Origin: an uncultured Nitrospiraceae bacterium
GTDB taxonomy: Bacteria; Nitrospirota; Thermodesulfovibrionia; Thermodesulfovibrionales; UBA6898
Direction: 5' to 3'
DNA length: 64,000 nt
NCBI GenBank assembly: GCA_964506525.1
Contig: CAZDLA010000001.1
Location: 155,047-219,046, forward strand
Shown: positions 28,013 through 36,304 of the stretch, in pieces
How positions within the stretch are numbered: the stretch's first letter is position 1
How the letters are laid out: each line of letters begins with the position of its first letter
The notes under the pieces: generated by a model
Database searches by the model: none
What the model was told of the DNA's origin: nothing
Seen by the model: the letters and a program-made list of their open reading frames with translations, nothing else
Program-made: the position numbers and the translations under genes

Positions 28013-29992
28013 TCACTTTGTCACGATCAGATCTTTGACCACTATCTCCTGAGGTGACGGCTTATCAAGAATCTTTGCCTTTGAAAAATCTTCCCGAATC
28101 TCCTCGAATCTGCCCTCGGCCAGCTTGATCGTATCAAAGCCTAATGACTTGCCCGTTACCGGATGCTTGAGCTCCTTGCCTCTGCGATACACAATGACCG
28201 CAGCGTCCTTGTGTATTTTGACCTTATTGCCGATGTCAGTGTAAATATACCCCTTGTCCTTATTGATCACTATGCCCTCGACAAGCGGGAATGCAACGGC
28301 GATTTTCGCAGCAAGACCTGCCATAAGCTCTTTTACCGAAGGGGCGCTCTTATCCTCAGTGAAGACATCGCGCACTTCCATGACCTGAGAGGTTTCGGTA
28401 TTGATCACGCGGGAGACGATCTCTATCGACTTCTGGTCCTCACGCACGGTAGTGGCCACAATCGCCTCGGCAGACATGAGCCTGCCGATCCTTATTGAAT
28501 GTTCGGGGTCAGTGAGCTTTGCCTTTGTGAGCTTCTGCTCAACCATCACCTGCTCGAGCTTGGAACGCTCTATCATATTAAACCGTTTCTGGTCTGTAAA
28601 AGCCCCGGCAAGATAATCATAGGCAAGGGTCATGAGATCCGTGCTCTTTTTCGTATCAAAGGGGAGCAGGCTGAGACTCATACGCGCCCCGTTCTGCAAA
28701 ACTGAAGGCACATGCTTCGTTATTGTGAATTCTGATACTGCCTTGTTGCCGCTGCTGTCAATTGCTTCGACAAGAATCCTGTTTCTGCCCTCGCTGAGTG
28801 TCAGCATCTTGCTGAAAAAGACCTTTCTGCCATTCTTTGATGATACCTCTTTACCGTTTATCAGGATCTTCTCAACGCTCTTATTGTCTGAAACTTCGCC
28901 ATCGATGTAATAGGAATTAAGAAAGACAAGAGGTATATCAGTCGGGTCTTTAAGTTTAATTTCAGGCAGTTCCTTGTCAGATGAGAGAATTCCCGGGCCA
29001 TTGAAGGCAAGCTGCACCCAGGGTTCTTTGCGTTGAAATACTGCAACTTCCCTGTCAACGTTAATGTCAGCATTTGTTTCATTGCCGAGCGTATCAACTG
29101 CGCGAATGCTGACCATTCCCTTTAAATCCACAGGCACTGTCAGATCGAAAGACTGGTTCTTCCTTTTCCCAGCTTTAACATCCTGTTCATTGATTACTAT
29201 GCTTTGAATTCCGGTGCCGTCTTCGACTTCGCCCATGATCCGTGCAATTTTCTTTCCATCCTGCACTTCAGTATTTACTCCAGTGATTACAATCGACGGT
29301 CCTTGTCTATCGACTATCACAAGAAGCGTCTTATCAGAAATATTACCCATGAGATCTTCAGCCCTGACCAAGATGCGGTTCTCGCCATCAGCGAGACTCA
29401 CGGCCTGTTCGAATGTCATCTGCTTGGCTGCCAGTTCGATATCAACGGCATGACTATTGACCGTCAACTTAGCAACAAGACATTCCCCAGAGACAGATCC
29501 CCTTATGACAATTGACTCGTCCTTTGTTGCCGAGTTTTCAGCAGGGGCATTCAGGGCAATTGCCGGCGGCTTTAATCCTGTCTGCTTCTGCCGAATCATG
29601 ATCGCCTTGCGTACCCTGTTTAGATAGAAAAATGCCTTTGCAGATCCTTCACTTTTTATGGACTCTTCGAGTTCTGCTGATGCACGATCAATATCACCGA
29701 GAGAAAGATAGGCAACGCCAAGCTCCCGGTGGGGAAAATAATCGACAAAATGCATGCCGTAGGTCCTGGCCATACGCTGGTCTTTTTCGCGCAGGGAAAG
29801 TGCTTTCAAAAGGTCAGTAACTGCTTCCTGCCATTTCCCCAGTTCAGCTTTTTCAACTGCACGGTCATAGTAATTCCACCATTTGCCTCTGAAGGTTCCG
29901 CTGTCATCAGCAGCAAGCACTGGAGGAACAAGAAAACAGAAGATAAGGACTATTGAAAAGGTTTTTTTCAATATGCAGGCTATCTCTTTCAT
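28013..29992 (-). CDS. Secreted TPR / Ig-like / CsgG-LpoB-like periplasmic protein
   Basis: 659 aa. Sec signal (VPPVLA|AD). TPR-like helical N-terminal region (aa 35-125). Three beta-sandwich (Ig-like) segments. aa 437-570 carry a CsgG/LpoB/FlgO-like motif (LSLLPFD...RFNMIERSKLEQVMVEQKL...IGRLMSAEAIVATTV), followed by an SH3-like beta domain. The start overlaps the upstream stop (ATGA at 29989-29992). Confidence 0.6.
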   Translation of the reverse strand: MKEIACILKKTFSIVLIFCFLVPPVLAADDSGTFRGKWWNYYDRAVEKAELGKWQEAVTDLLKALSLREKDQRMARTYGMHFVDYFPHRELGVAYLSLGDIDRASAELEESIKSEGSAKAFFYLNRVRKAIMIRQKQTGLKPPAIALNAPAENSATKDESIVIRGSVSGECLVAKLTVNSHAVDIELAAKQMTFEQAVSLADGENRILVRAEDLMGNISDKTLLVIVDRQGPSIVITGVNTEVQDGKKIARIMGEVEDGTGIQSIVINEQDVKAGKRKNQSFDLTVPVDLKGMVSIRAVDTLGNETNADINVDREVAVFQRKEPWVQLAFNGPGILSSDKELPEIKLKDPTDIPLVFLNSYYIDGEVSDNKSVEKILINGKEVSSKNGRKVFFSKMLTLSEGRNRILVEAIDSSGNKAVSEFTITKHVPSVLQNGARMSLSLLPFDTKKSTDLMTLAYDYLAGAFTDQKRFNMIERSKLEQVMVEQKLTKAKLTDPEHSIRIGRLMSAEAIVATTVREDQKSIEIVSRVINTETSQVMEVRDVFTEDKSAPSVKELMAGLAAKIAVAFPLVEGIVINKDKGYIYTDIGNKVKIHKDAAVIVYRRGKELKHPVTGKSLGFDTIKLAEGRFEEIREDFSKAKILDKPSPQEIVVKDLIVTK

Positions 29993-32685
29993 CGTGCTGC
30001 CGACTTTTCACGAACCTTGGCGCCTAAGGCAAGAGGTCCCTTCCCTGAGGCGAGAGATGCCAATGAACTGTCCTTGCCGGCGTCGACCACCTCGAGTTCT
30101 CCGACTGCAACATACATGTCGCCACTTGTGCCTAAAGCTGTTACAACCTCAAGTTTGTCACCTTTTTTCAGGCCATGGCTTTGCCCAATGTTCAGCTGAT
30201 ATCTGTCACCTGTCACGGCAGTTACTTTGCCGCGCAGAGGATATTCAGTCTTTATGGCCTCAAGGATTTTCATGCTCAGGTCATCGGCAGCATCCTTACC
30301 AAGCTCTTTAGACTTGGATTCCACCGTGATTACCTTCTTCACAGCAGTTGTTTCCGTATCTATGATCCGGAGCATGACGATTTGTCCGTGTTCATCCGGC
30401 ATAATGCTGCCGGTGACCATAACTCGGGCAGAAAGAACTCTTCCGACTCTTAGCGCAGTTGCCTGATCAGCAAGCGCAGAATTACTCAGCTTGAGTTCCT
30501 CAAGAAGCCGGTTTATAAGTTCTCTTTCGACCACATTGATGCGGCCTCCGGCTTGAAGTGTCTGTGAGGTATAGCCGATAAGTTTTTCGATTCTCGAACT
30601 ATCAGCCTTGATATCCATGAAGACCAGACTGAGCGGCATGGAACTCCAATTATCGCCCGGCTTGAGAGCATCAAATTTATTCTCCCGGTATTTCTGCGAC
30701 AGTGACGCGACCAGTTCATCAATCCTTTTGGAGTCCGTCTCTTTCTGCATAACCTGCTGCGGCTGATTGGCGGCTTTTTCAGGTATTTCTCCTGACCTGG
30801 TCTTCATATAGAAACCTGCTGCGCCAGCCAGAAGGAGCATGACAAGGCCGGCAACCATGAACACGTTTTTTTGTTTCTTTTTTCCTGGGAACTGCACGAC
30901 ATCTTCACGGTGCCTCAGGTCAGCTGTTGCCAGCGTCTCTCTCTCCACCCTCTCTTCTGCCTTTGTCTCCCGCAGTTCAACCTCTGGCATTACATACTTT
31001 GTGGTCGGATCACCATAGAGCATGTAACTTGCCCATACAATCATATCCTCTCCGTATTTGTCGATAAGCGCCTGGCGCGCCAGCCTCATAGCTTCGCCGA
31101 TTGAACTGCCCTGAAGCAGGTGACGGTAGAAATGTATGGCAAAGTGATAACCTGCCTCATCCGGTATCTCCCAAAAGGTGCCGATATAGTGCTGGACGCC
31201 GGAAATAAGGAAAGCATTGGCAAGACCAAATATCTTTGTCTCATAGTGTTCATCAAGTCGCCACTCATCTGTCTGGCCTGTCTGGCAGGCATTGGAAAAG
31301 ACGAGGGCAGGCATCGGCATAATACCTGACATAGCGATGATATTTTCTGCGCTCAGTTTACCGTTTTTGAGAAGCCAGCCGCTATCTTCAGGTTTCAGGG
31401 CATTGTGATCAGCATGACCTGCATAATGAACAATATCAAAGTTTCTGATCTTTGCCTTCACATAATCAGTCTTGATGTCTGTTGTTTTCAGGGAGACATC
31501 AAGCCAGTCATCTATGCTCTCAATATCGTCCTTGATCCTGACTCCTTCGGTATAGGCAGCCTGAAGATCACCTCTCGCGTCTGCGAGAATCTGCATTTTA
31601 AGTGGCTTGCCAATGGTCCGTATAACCGCGGAAACGCGCTGCCGGGTGCTTACTGCCCGACCAAGGCTGAAACGCTGGCAGAGGAAATTCTCGCCGTCAT
31701 GGAGCAGTTCCCATGGTATATGGACCAGATTGTCGTCTATGCTGATCAGCATATGATTGAAAACAGTCTTCGCGATCCTCTCTTTGATCTGAAGAGGCAT
31801 CAGCGCGTCGAAAAGCAGCCGCCCATATTCCTTCAGCTTGATGAGGAGATCATTGCCGATCTTGCCTCTCTTGTTAGCCCTGTTAAGTAGATCGATTATA
31901 TTTTTTGTATAGTTTCTGATCGTGTCCTGACTGTATTTGATCTCTTCATAGTGCCTGACTGTCCGCTCCTCGCCTTCAGCCTTCTCAAATCCGCTGATCT
32001 TCAGCTTTTCTCCAACAACCGATGCCTCTATAATGAGCGTTCCCTCTCTTTCGGCTGTGGAAGACAGCTTTCTGATCTTGCCCATAGAAACAAGCTCATC
32101 ATGCCAGATGACACGGAAGACCCTCAGAGCATCCTTCTTCCCCTTTACTTCTACCAACTTTTCATGTCTAAAGATAAACTCATCGTTGTTCTTAACTGCC
32201 CTGTACAGGTCTTCAGTAATAAAGATTTCATCGCCATCCGCAAGCGCCTCAACACGGCTCGCGACATTTACAATGTCACCAAAAACATCTGACTCTTCAA
32301 CAAGACCATCACCATAATTCATCCCGATTCTGACATGGATCTGTTCCCTATCGGCCTTGTCGCTGTTGTAGATCTTCAGCCTCCTCTGAATGTCAATCGC
32401 AGTTCGGATGCTGTCCGAAGGAGTATGGTATGCAGACATGGTTGCATCACCGATGGTCTTGATCAGGATACCGTTATGCTCCTTAATAATTGGCAGCACA
32501 ACCTCGTTATGTCTGTGCACCATAGCCCTGCCGGCTATATCGCCACGGGTGTCATACACTGATGTCGAGCCCTTGATGTCTGTGAACATTACCGTGATCT
32601 TTTTAGTGAACTTGGCATGAATCTGCGCATCAAGCTTGTCTCTTTCTGCCAGGATTCTGCCGATATCGGTTTTATTCTCTTCCAT
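29989..32685 (-). CDS. Fusion protein: class III adenylate/guanylate cyclase + CHAT (caspase-like) protease + TM helix + periplasmic CsgG/LpoB-like module
   Basis: 898 aa, with AAGGAG upstream of the ATG. Cyclase, aa 28-195: MFTDIKGST, KTIGDA, GDIVNVASR (metal Asp and transition-state Asn/Arg present). CHAT, aa about 215-560: IVHYAGHADH (His424 codon at 31414-31416) and LVFSNACQTG (Cys467 codon at 31285-31287). Single TM at aa 608-627, preceded by KKKQK (cytoplasmic side). Periplasmic aa 683-898: RINVVERELINRLLEELKL...VGRVLSARVMVTGSI. Confidence 0.8.
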   Translation of the reverse strand: MEENKTDIGRILAERDKLDAQIHAKFTKKITVMFTDIKGSTSVYDTRGDIAGRAMVHRHNEVVLPIIKEHNGILIKTIGDATMSAYHTPSDSIRTAIDIQRRLKIYNSDKADREQIHVRIGMNYGDGLVEESDVFGDIVNVASRVEALADGDEIFITEDLYRAVKNNDEFIFRHEKLVEVKGKKDALRVFRVIWHDELVSMGKIRKLSSTAEREGTLIIEASVVGEKLKISGFEKAEGEERTVRHYEEIKYSQDTIRNYTKNIIDLLNRANKRGKIGNDLLIKLKEYGRLLFDALMPLQIKERIAKTVFNHMLISIDDNLVHIPWELLHDGENFLCQRFSLGRAVSTRQRVSAVIRTIGKPLKMQILADARGDLQAAYTEGVRIKDDIESIDDWLDVSLKTTDIKTDYVKAKIRNFDIVHYAGHADHNALKPEDSGWLLKNGKLSAENIIAMSGIMPMPALVFSNACQTGQTDEWRLDEHYETKIFGLANAFLISGVQHYIGTFWEIPDEAGYHFAIHFYRHLLQGSSIGEAMRLARQALIDKYGEDMIVWASYMLYGDPTTKYVMPEVELRETKAEERVERETLATADLRHREDVVQFPGKKKQKNVFMVAGLVMLLLAGAAGFYMKTRSGEIPEKAANQPQQVMQKETDSKRIDELVASLSQKYRENKFDALKPGDNWSSMPLSLVFMDIKADSSRIEKLIGYTSQTLQAGGRINVVERELINRLLEELKLSNSALADQATALRVGRVLSARVMVTGSIMPDEHGQIVMLRIIDTETTAVKKVITVESKSKELGKDAADDLSMKILEAIKTEYPLRGKVTAVTGDRYQLNIGQSHGLKKGDKLEVVTALGTSGDMYVAVGELEVVDAGKDSSLASLASGKGPLALGAKVREKSAAR

Positions 32686-32696
32686 AAGGGGCTCCT

Positions 32697-33335
32697 TTAT
32701 TCCAGGCTCAGCGTCACAGCGCCGAACAGGTGGTCTTTTTTCCTGATTCTTAATGAATAACTTCCTTTGCCAATCTCCTCAAAAAGCACAAATCCATGTT
32801 CAACAAAATACGACGCAAGTTCCCTCTCGCCTGAGATGAGCTCTATCCTGATCCCTTGAGACTGGAAGCCGGCTGTGGTCGGCACGACAGTGACCTTAAT
32901 ATTGCAGAGCTCTGCTTCTATCTGCTCAATATCAATCTCAGCATTCATTTTCTCAAAGGTCTTCGTAATCACAGCCATCCGTGCGCTGACAGCCTTGCTG
33001 TTTCTCAATTCAAATGCAGGTGCAGGATATGACAACTGAAGGGAAGGAGAGCTCTTTATAACTCTGAGCGTCTCTTTCATGAGGCTTATAACAACATCAA
33101 AGGGAGATCTGCCTTCCCCGTACAGGGCTGCAGCTCGAATGATCGCCCGCTCAGGTATATCTTCTGTATCGTTATCATGCCTGCCGGTCAGTCGCCTGAG
33201 TGCAATCAGTTCCCTCAGGCAATCCGGGCATTCTGCCAGCTTCTGCTCAACAACCTCTCTTCTGTCTATGGCGAGCTTTCCGTCCATATAGGCGCCGAGA
33301 TCAAATTCAGTCAGGCAGCCTCTGTCTTTATGCAT
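32697..33335 (-). CDS. Anti-sigma factor (zf-HC2-like N-terminus, no predicted TM helix)
   Basis: ATG at 33335 is preceded by AAGGAGG (the track GTG at 33356 is less likely). N-terminus CLTEFDLGAYMDGKL....REVVEQKLAECPDCLRELIAL resembles the anti-sigma sigma-binding domain with CxxC. The position immediately downstream of the ECF sigma gene supports the call. The C-terminal 120 aa are beta-rich with no hydrophobic span. Confidence 0.6.
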   Translation of the reverse strand: MHKDRGCLTEFDLGAYMDGKLAIDRREVVEQKLAECPDCLRELIALRRLTGRHDNDTEDIPERAIIRAAALYGEGRSPFDVVISLMKETLRVIKSSPSLQLSYPAPAFELRNSKAVSARMAVITKTFEKMNAEIDIEQIEAELCNIKVTVVPTTAGFQSQGIRIELISGERELASYFVEHGFVLFEEIGKGSYSLRIRKKDHLFGAVTLSLE

Positions 33336-33390
33336 AAGTTCCTCCTTGCAAGTCACTTCTATGCTTATAGACGGAACAGATCAGCATTTC

Positions 33391-33990
33391 TTACAGAACC
33401 CCAACAGATTTCTTCAATTTCTCAGCCAGTCGGTTCTTCCGTGAGTATACAGTTTCAGCACTAATGCCCATAATTACCGCAATTTCCTCGGGAGAAAGTC
33501 CCTTTTCCAAGACCAGGCGAATAATAAGGCTATCTTGTGCACCTAATTGGGTTATAGCCGCATTCAGTCTCTCGTCACGTTGCTTTTCAATAAATAGATG
33601 TTCAATGGACTTTTCTGATGCTGGGATAGACTCATAAATGTCACGCTCCCCATCTTTTGTCTCCACGAACAGCTGACTTTTATCCTGTCTCATATGATCT
33701 ATAGCTGTTCGCGAGGCAATGATGGTCAGCCACGTAGAAAGTGAGCAGGAATTTTCGCTCCTGAACTGGCGGAGCTTTTTGAAGTCATTATCAAGAAGCG
33801 AAACGAATACGGCATTGAATATGTCCTCGAGGTCTTCCTCTGTATGCCGAAATGAATAAGAGAGGAATGTCTTTCTCAGCGTGCCCCAAATAAGTTTTGC
33901 ATAGCGTCTCACAAAAAGCTCCCAGACAACCCCATCCCCTTCATTGAGGCATTTTCTGAGAAGCTCGCTTTCGCTTAAAACGTCATTCAT
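33391..33990 (-). CDS. ECF-type RNA polymerase sigma-70 family factor
   Basis: 199 aa. Region 2 (DLEDIFNAVFVSLL...LSTWLTIIASRTAIDHMR) and region 4 HTH (GLSPEEIAVIMGISAETVYSRKNRLAEKLKK). No region 1 or 3, as in group IV sigmas. Confidence 0.85.
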   Translation of the reverse strand: MNDVLSESELLRKCLNEGDGVVWELFVRRYAKLIWGTLRKTFLSYSFRHTEEDLEDIFNAVFVSLLDNDFKKLRQFRSENSCSLSTWLTIIASRTAIDHMRQDKSQLFVETKDGERDIYESIPASEKSIEHLFIEKQRDERLNAAITQLGAQDSLIIRLVLEKGLSPEEIAVIMGISAETVYSRKNRLAEKLKKSVGVL

Positions 33991-34116
33991 GACATAGCCT
34001 ACTTATGGAACGTATAACCAATGCTCAGCGTTAGCGCAATAAGCAGTCAAACGGTAACAGATTTCTATAATATCCCCCACGGACAATCGGAAATTCTTGC
34101 TGGTACAGGTCAGGCA

Positions 34117-34145
34117 ATATTAAGCAGATAAAGGAAGAATGTCAA
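34117..34145 (-). promoter_or_regulatory. Sigma70-like promoter upstream of the ECF sigma operon
   Basis: The minus strand reads TTGACA (34145-34140), a 17-nt spacer, then TAATAT (34122-34117), about 125 nt upstream of the ATG at 33990. A second TTGACA lies at 34172-34167. Sequence match only. Confidence 0.4.
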
Positions 34146-34221
34146 TATTTATAGGGCGTTATACGCTGTCAAAACAATAATGTCGCGAACAACGTTAGAG
34201 AAAATGCAATGAACATAAAGT

Positions 34222-34308
34222 TGGTACCGAAGACCGGATTTGAACCGGTACGAGGTTGCCCCCGAGGGATTTTAAGTCCCTTGTGTCTGCCAATTCCACC
34301 ACTCCGGC
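34222..34308 (-). tRNA. tRNA-Leu (anticodon UAA)
   Basis: The minus strand reads GCCGGAGTGGTGGAATTGGCAGACACAAGGGACTTAAAATCCCTCGGGGGCAACCTCGTACCGGTTCAAATCCGGTCTTCGGTACCA. It has a 7-bp acceptor stem, anticodon loop CTTAAAA (TAA), a long variable arm, a GGTTCAAATCC T-loop and an encoded CCA. Confidence 0.9.
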
Positions 34309-34424
34309 AATGGATAAAAAGAAGTTTAATGCTATCACAAAAAACTGCGGAGTGTCAAAATGAGACTGAAACAAAAAAACGGATAATATCGGGGCCTTTG
34401 CTCTATTCCCTGCCACGCTGTCCG

Positions 34425-34646
34425 CTATTTTTTTATCGTGATCCTGATCATGCTGTCCACTTCACTGACATCAATCAATTCAAGTTTCAGCCTCTGCGCC
34501 AGATAAACAATGTCGGATTTTGCCGCTGCATCTTTGGTGCTGACTTCCAACAATTGACCAGGCTGCATGCTATCAATCGCCTTTTTGATCTTCAACACTG
34601 GCATGGGACAGAGCAGGCCTGTCGCATCAAGAACAACGTCAGGCAT
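34425..34646 (-). CDS. TusA/SirA-family sulfurtransferase-like protein
   Basis: 73 aa from the ATG at 34646: MPDVVLDATGLLCPMPVLKIKKAI..., containing the conserved CPxP active-site motif. The longer track ORF (to 34841) would overlap cimA and is rejected. Confidence 0.75.
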   Translation of the reverse strand: MPDVVLDATGLLCPMPVLKIKKAIDSMQPGQLLEVSTKDAAAKSDIVYLAQRLKLELIDVSEVDSMIRITIKK

Positions 34647-34656
34647 CACGCTTACT

Positions 34657-36225
34657 TCAGAGTTCTTCTTTAAGGAGCTTGTATTCAACGCTGTCGACAA
34701 TGGCCTGATAGGATGCTTCGATGATATTCTCCGAAACACCGACCGTGCCCCAGCGGTTGTCCTTGTCGCCAGATTCAACAAGAACGCGGACCCTTGCTGT
34801 AGTGCCCTTTCCGGCAGTGAGTACACGGACCTTGTAGTCAAGGAGCTTCACATCTTTCAGGGCGGGGTAGAATTTCTCAAGAGCCTTGCGGAGTGCATTA
34901 TCAAGGGCATTGACCGGGCCCCTGCCGGTGGCAGCCGTGTGTTCAACATGGCCGCTCACCTTCACCATGATCGTTGCCTCGCTCAGCGGTTCCTCGCCTT
35001 CTTTTCTCTTCTCAATAATGACCCTGAAACCGATAAGATCAAAGAACCGCTTGTGCAGACCAAGAGCCTTCTTCATGAGCAGTTCAAAAGAAGCCTCTGC
35101 CCCTTCGAACTGAAAACCCTGGCTCTCAAGTTCCTTGAGCTGCGTAATGATATCCTGCAGCTGAGTTGATTCGTTGGTGAGCCTGATGCCACATTCTTCT
35201 GCCTTGCGCAGGATATTCGCTCGTCCGGCAAGATCCGAGATGAGGATGCGCTGCGAATTGCCTACCAGCTCCGGTCGGATATGCTCATAGGTCTCGGAGC
35301 GTTTCAGAATAGCGTTCACATGCATGCCGCCCTTATGCGCAAACGCGCTGTCTCCGGTGTACGGCTGGCGCTTGAAATGTCTGAGGTTGGCTATCTCGGT
35401 CACAAATCGCGACACATCCCGAAGCTTGGCAAGTTGTTTGTCCGTGATGCAGCGCATGCCGAGCTTGACCTGTATGTTAGGAATGATCGAGATAAGGTTC
35501 GCGTTTCCGCACCGCTCACCCAGCCCGTTGATCGTGCCCTGCACCTGTGTCACACCCTCTTCAACAGCAACGATCGTGTTTGCAACTGCGCAGTCGCTGT
35601 CATTATGCACATGAATGCCGAGGGACGCAGTGCAATGCTTCTTCATCTTTCTGACGATCTCTTTAATAAGCGTAGGTGTACAGCCTCCATTTGTATCACA
35701 GAGCACCAGGCAGTCAGCGCCGGCATCCTGTGCAGCCTCAAGACATTTCAGCGCATAGTCAGGATTATTCCGGTAACCGTCAAAAAAATGCTCAGCATCA
35801 AAGAAGACCTTGTCAGCATGTTTTTTCAGAAAGGCCACAGAATCGAAAATAATATCGAGATTCTCCTTGAGCGGAACCTTCAATGCCTCTCTGACATGAA
35901 AGTCCCAGGTCTTGCCGAAGATCGTTATGACCGGGGTCTTTGCATCAACCAGCGCCCTGAGGGTCTCATCCTTTGAAGCCTTTTTCTTTGGCCTGTGTGT
36001 GCTGCCGAACGCTACAAGTTTTGCATTGGCAAGCTTCAGTTTTGCAGCCTTCTTGAAATAATCAATGTCGCGGGGATTTGATCCAGGGTATCCACCCTCA
36101 ATGAAATGAACACCAAGATCATCAAGCCTCTCGGTTATTCTGAGCTTGTCCTCCAGCGAAAAAGAGATGTCCTCTGACTGGGCGCCGTCCCTGAGCGTAG
36201 TATCGTATATTTCTATTTTGCGCAT
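34657..36225 (-). CDS. cimA: (R)-citramalate synthase / 2-isopropylmalate synthase family enzyme (CimA-like)
   Basis: 522 aa. HMGL-like barrel (IYDTTLRDGAQSE, HVHNDSDCAVANT) plus a C-terminal LeuA-dimer regulatory domain. Overall length and N-terminus resemble the bacterial CimA type. LeuA versus CimA cannot be resolved by eye. Confidence 0.75.
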   Translation of the reverse strand: MRKIEIYDTTLRDGAQSEDISFSLEDKLRITERLDDLGVHFIEGGYPGSNPRDIDYFKKAAKLKLANAKLVAFGSTHRPKKKASKDETLRALVDAKTPVITIFGKTWDFHVREALKVPLKENLDIIFDSVAFLKKHADKVFFDAEHFFDGYRNNPDYALKCLEAAQDAGADCLVLCDTNGGCTPTLIKEIVRKMKKHCTASLGIHVHNDSDCAVANTIVAVEEGVTQVQGTINGLGERCGNANLISIIPNIQVKLGMRCITDKQLAKLRDVSRFVTEIANLRHFKRQPYTGDSAFAHKGGMHVNAILKRSETYEHIRPELVGNSQRILISDLAGRANILRKAEECGIRLTNESTQLQDIITQLKELESQGFQFEGAEASFELLMKKALGLHKRFFDLIGFRVIIEKRKEGEEPLSEATIMVKVSGHVEHTAATGRGPVNALDNALRKALEKFYPALKDVKLLDYKVRVLTAGKGTTARVRVLVESGDKDNRWGTVGVSENIIEASYQAIVDSVEYKLLKEEL

Positions 36226-36304
36226 ATAAAGTATATATCCAAAATCCTGGATTCAACCTGTCCATGCTGCTTGCTGATAGCTGAAAGCCCAAAGCTCATA
36301 AACA

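Noticed and set aside
29989-32685. Interpreting the cyclase-CHAT protein as a phage-defence module (Pycsar/CBASS-like cyclase plus caspase-like effector).
   Set aside because: No separate cNMP-sensing effector, Cap-type accessory gene or other defence gene is adjacent. The protein is a membrane receptor-like fusion embedded in an ECF sigma / envelope operon. Envelope signalling is the more economical reading, though a death-effector role cannot be excluded.
6391-34308. Reading the 27.7-kb locus as a tRNA-integrated genomic island, since it lies immediately 3' of tRNA-Leu.
   Set aside because: No integrase, transposase or plasmid/phage genes are present. No direct repeat of the tRNA 3' end was found by eye in 6391-6613; there is only a 7-nt GGATTTG coincidence. 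Horizontal origin is not excluded, but integration at the tRNA is unsupported.
34195-34673. ORFs 34195-34416 (-) and 34209-34673 (+).
   Set aside because: They overlap the tRNA-Leu gene and the TusA-like gene and have no coding signatures. The tRNA cloverleaf explains the sequence.
34647-34841. N-terminal extension of the TusA-like ORF (138-aa version).
   Set aside because: The extension overlaps the 3' end of cimA in another frame. TusA family proteins are about 75 aa and begin just before the CPxP motif, and an ATG at 34646 fits.
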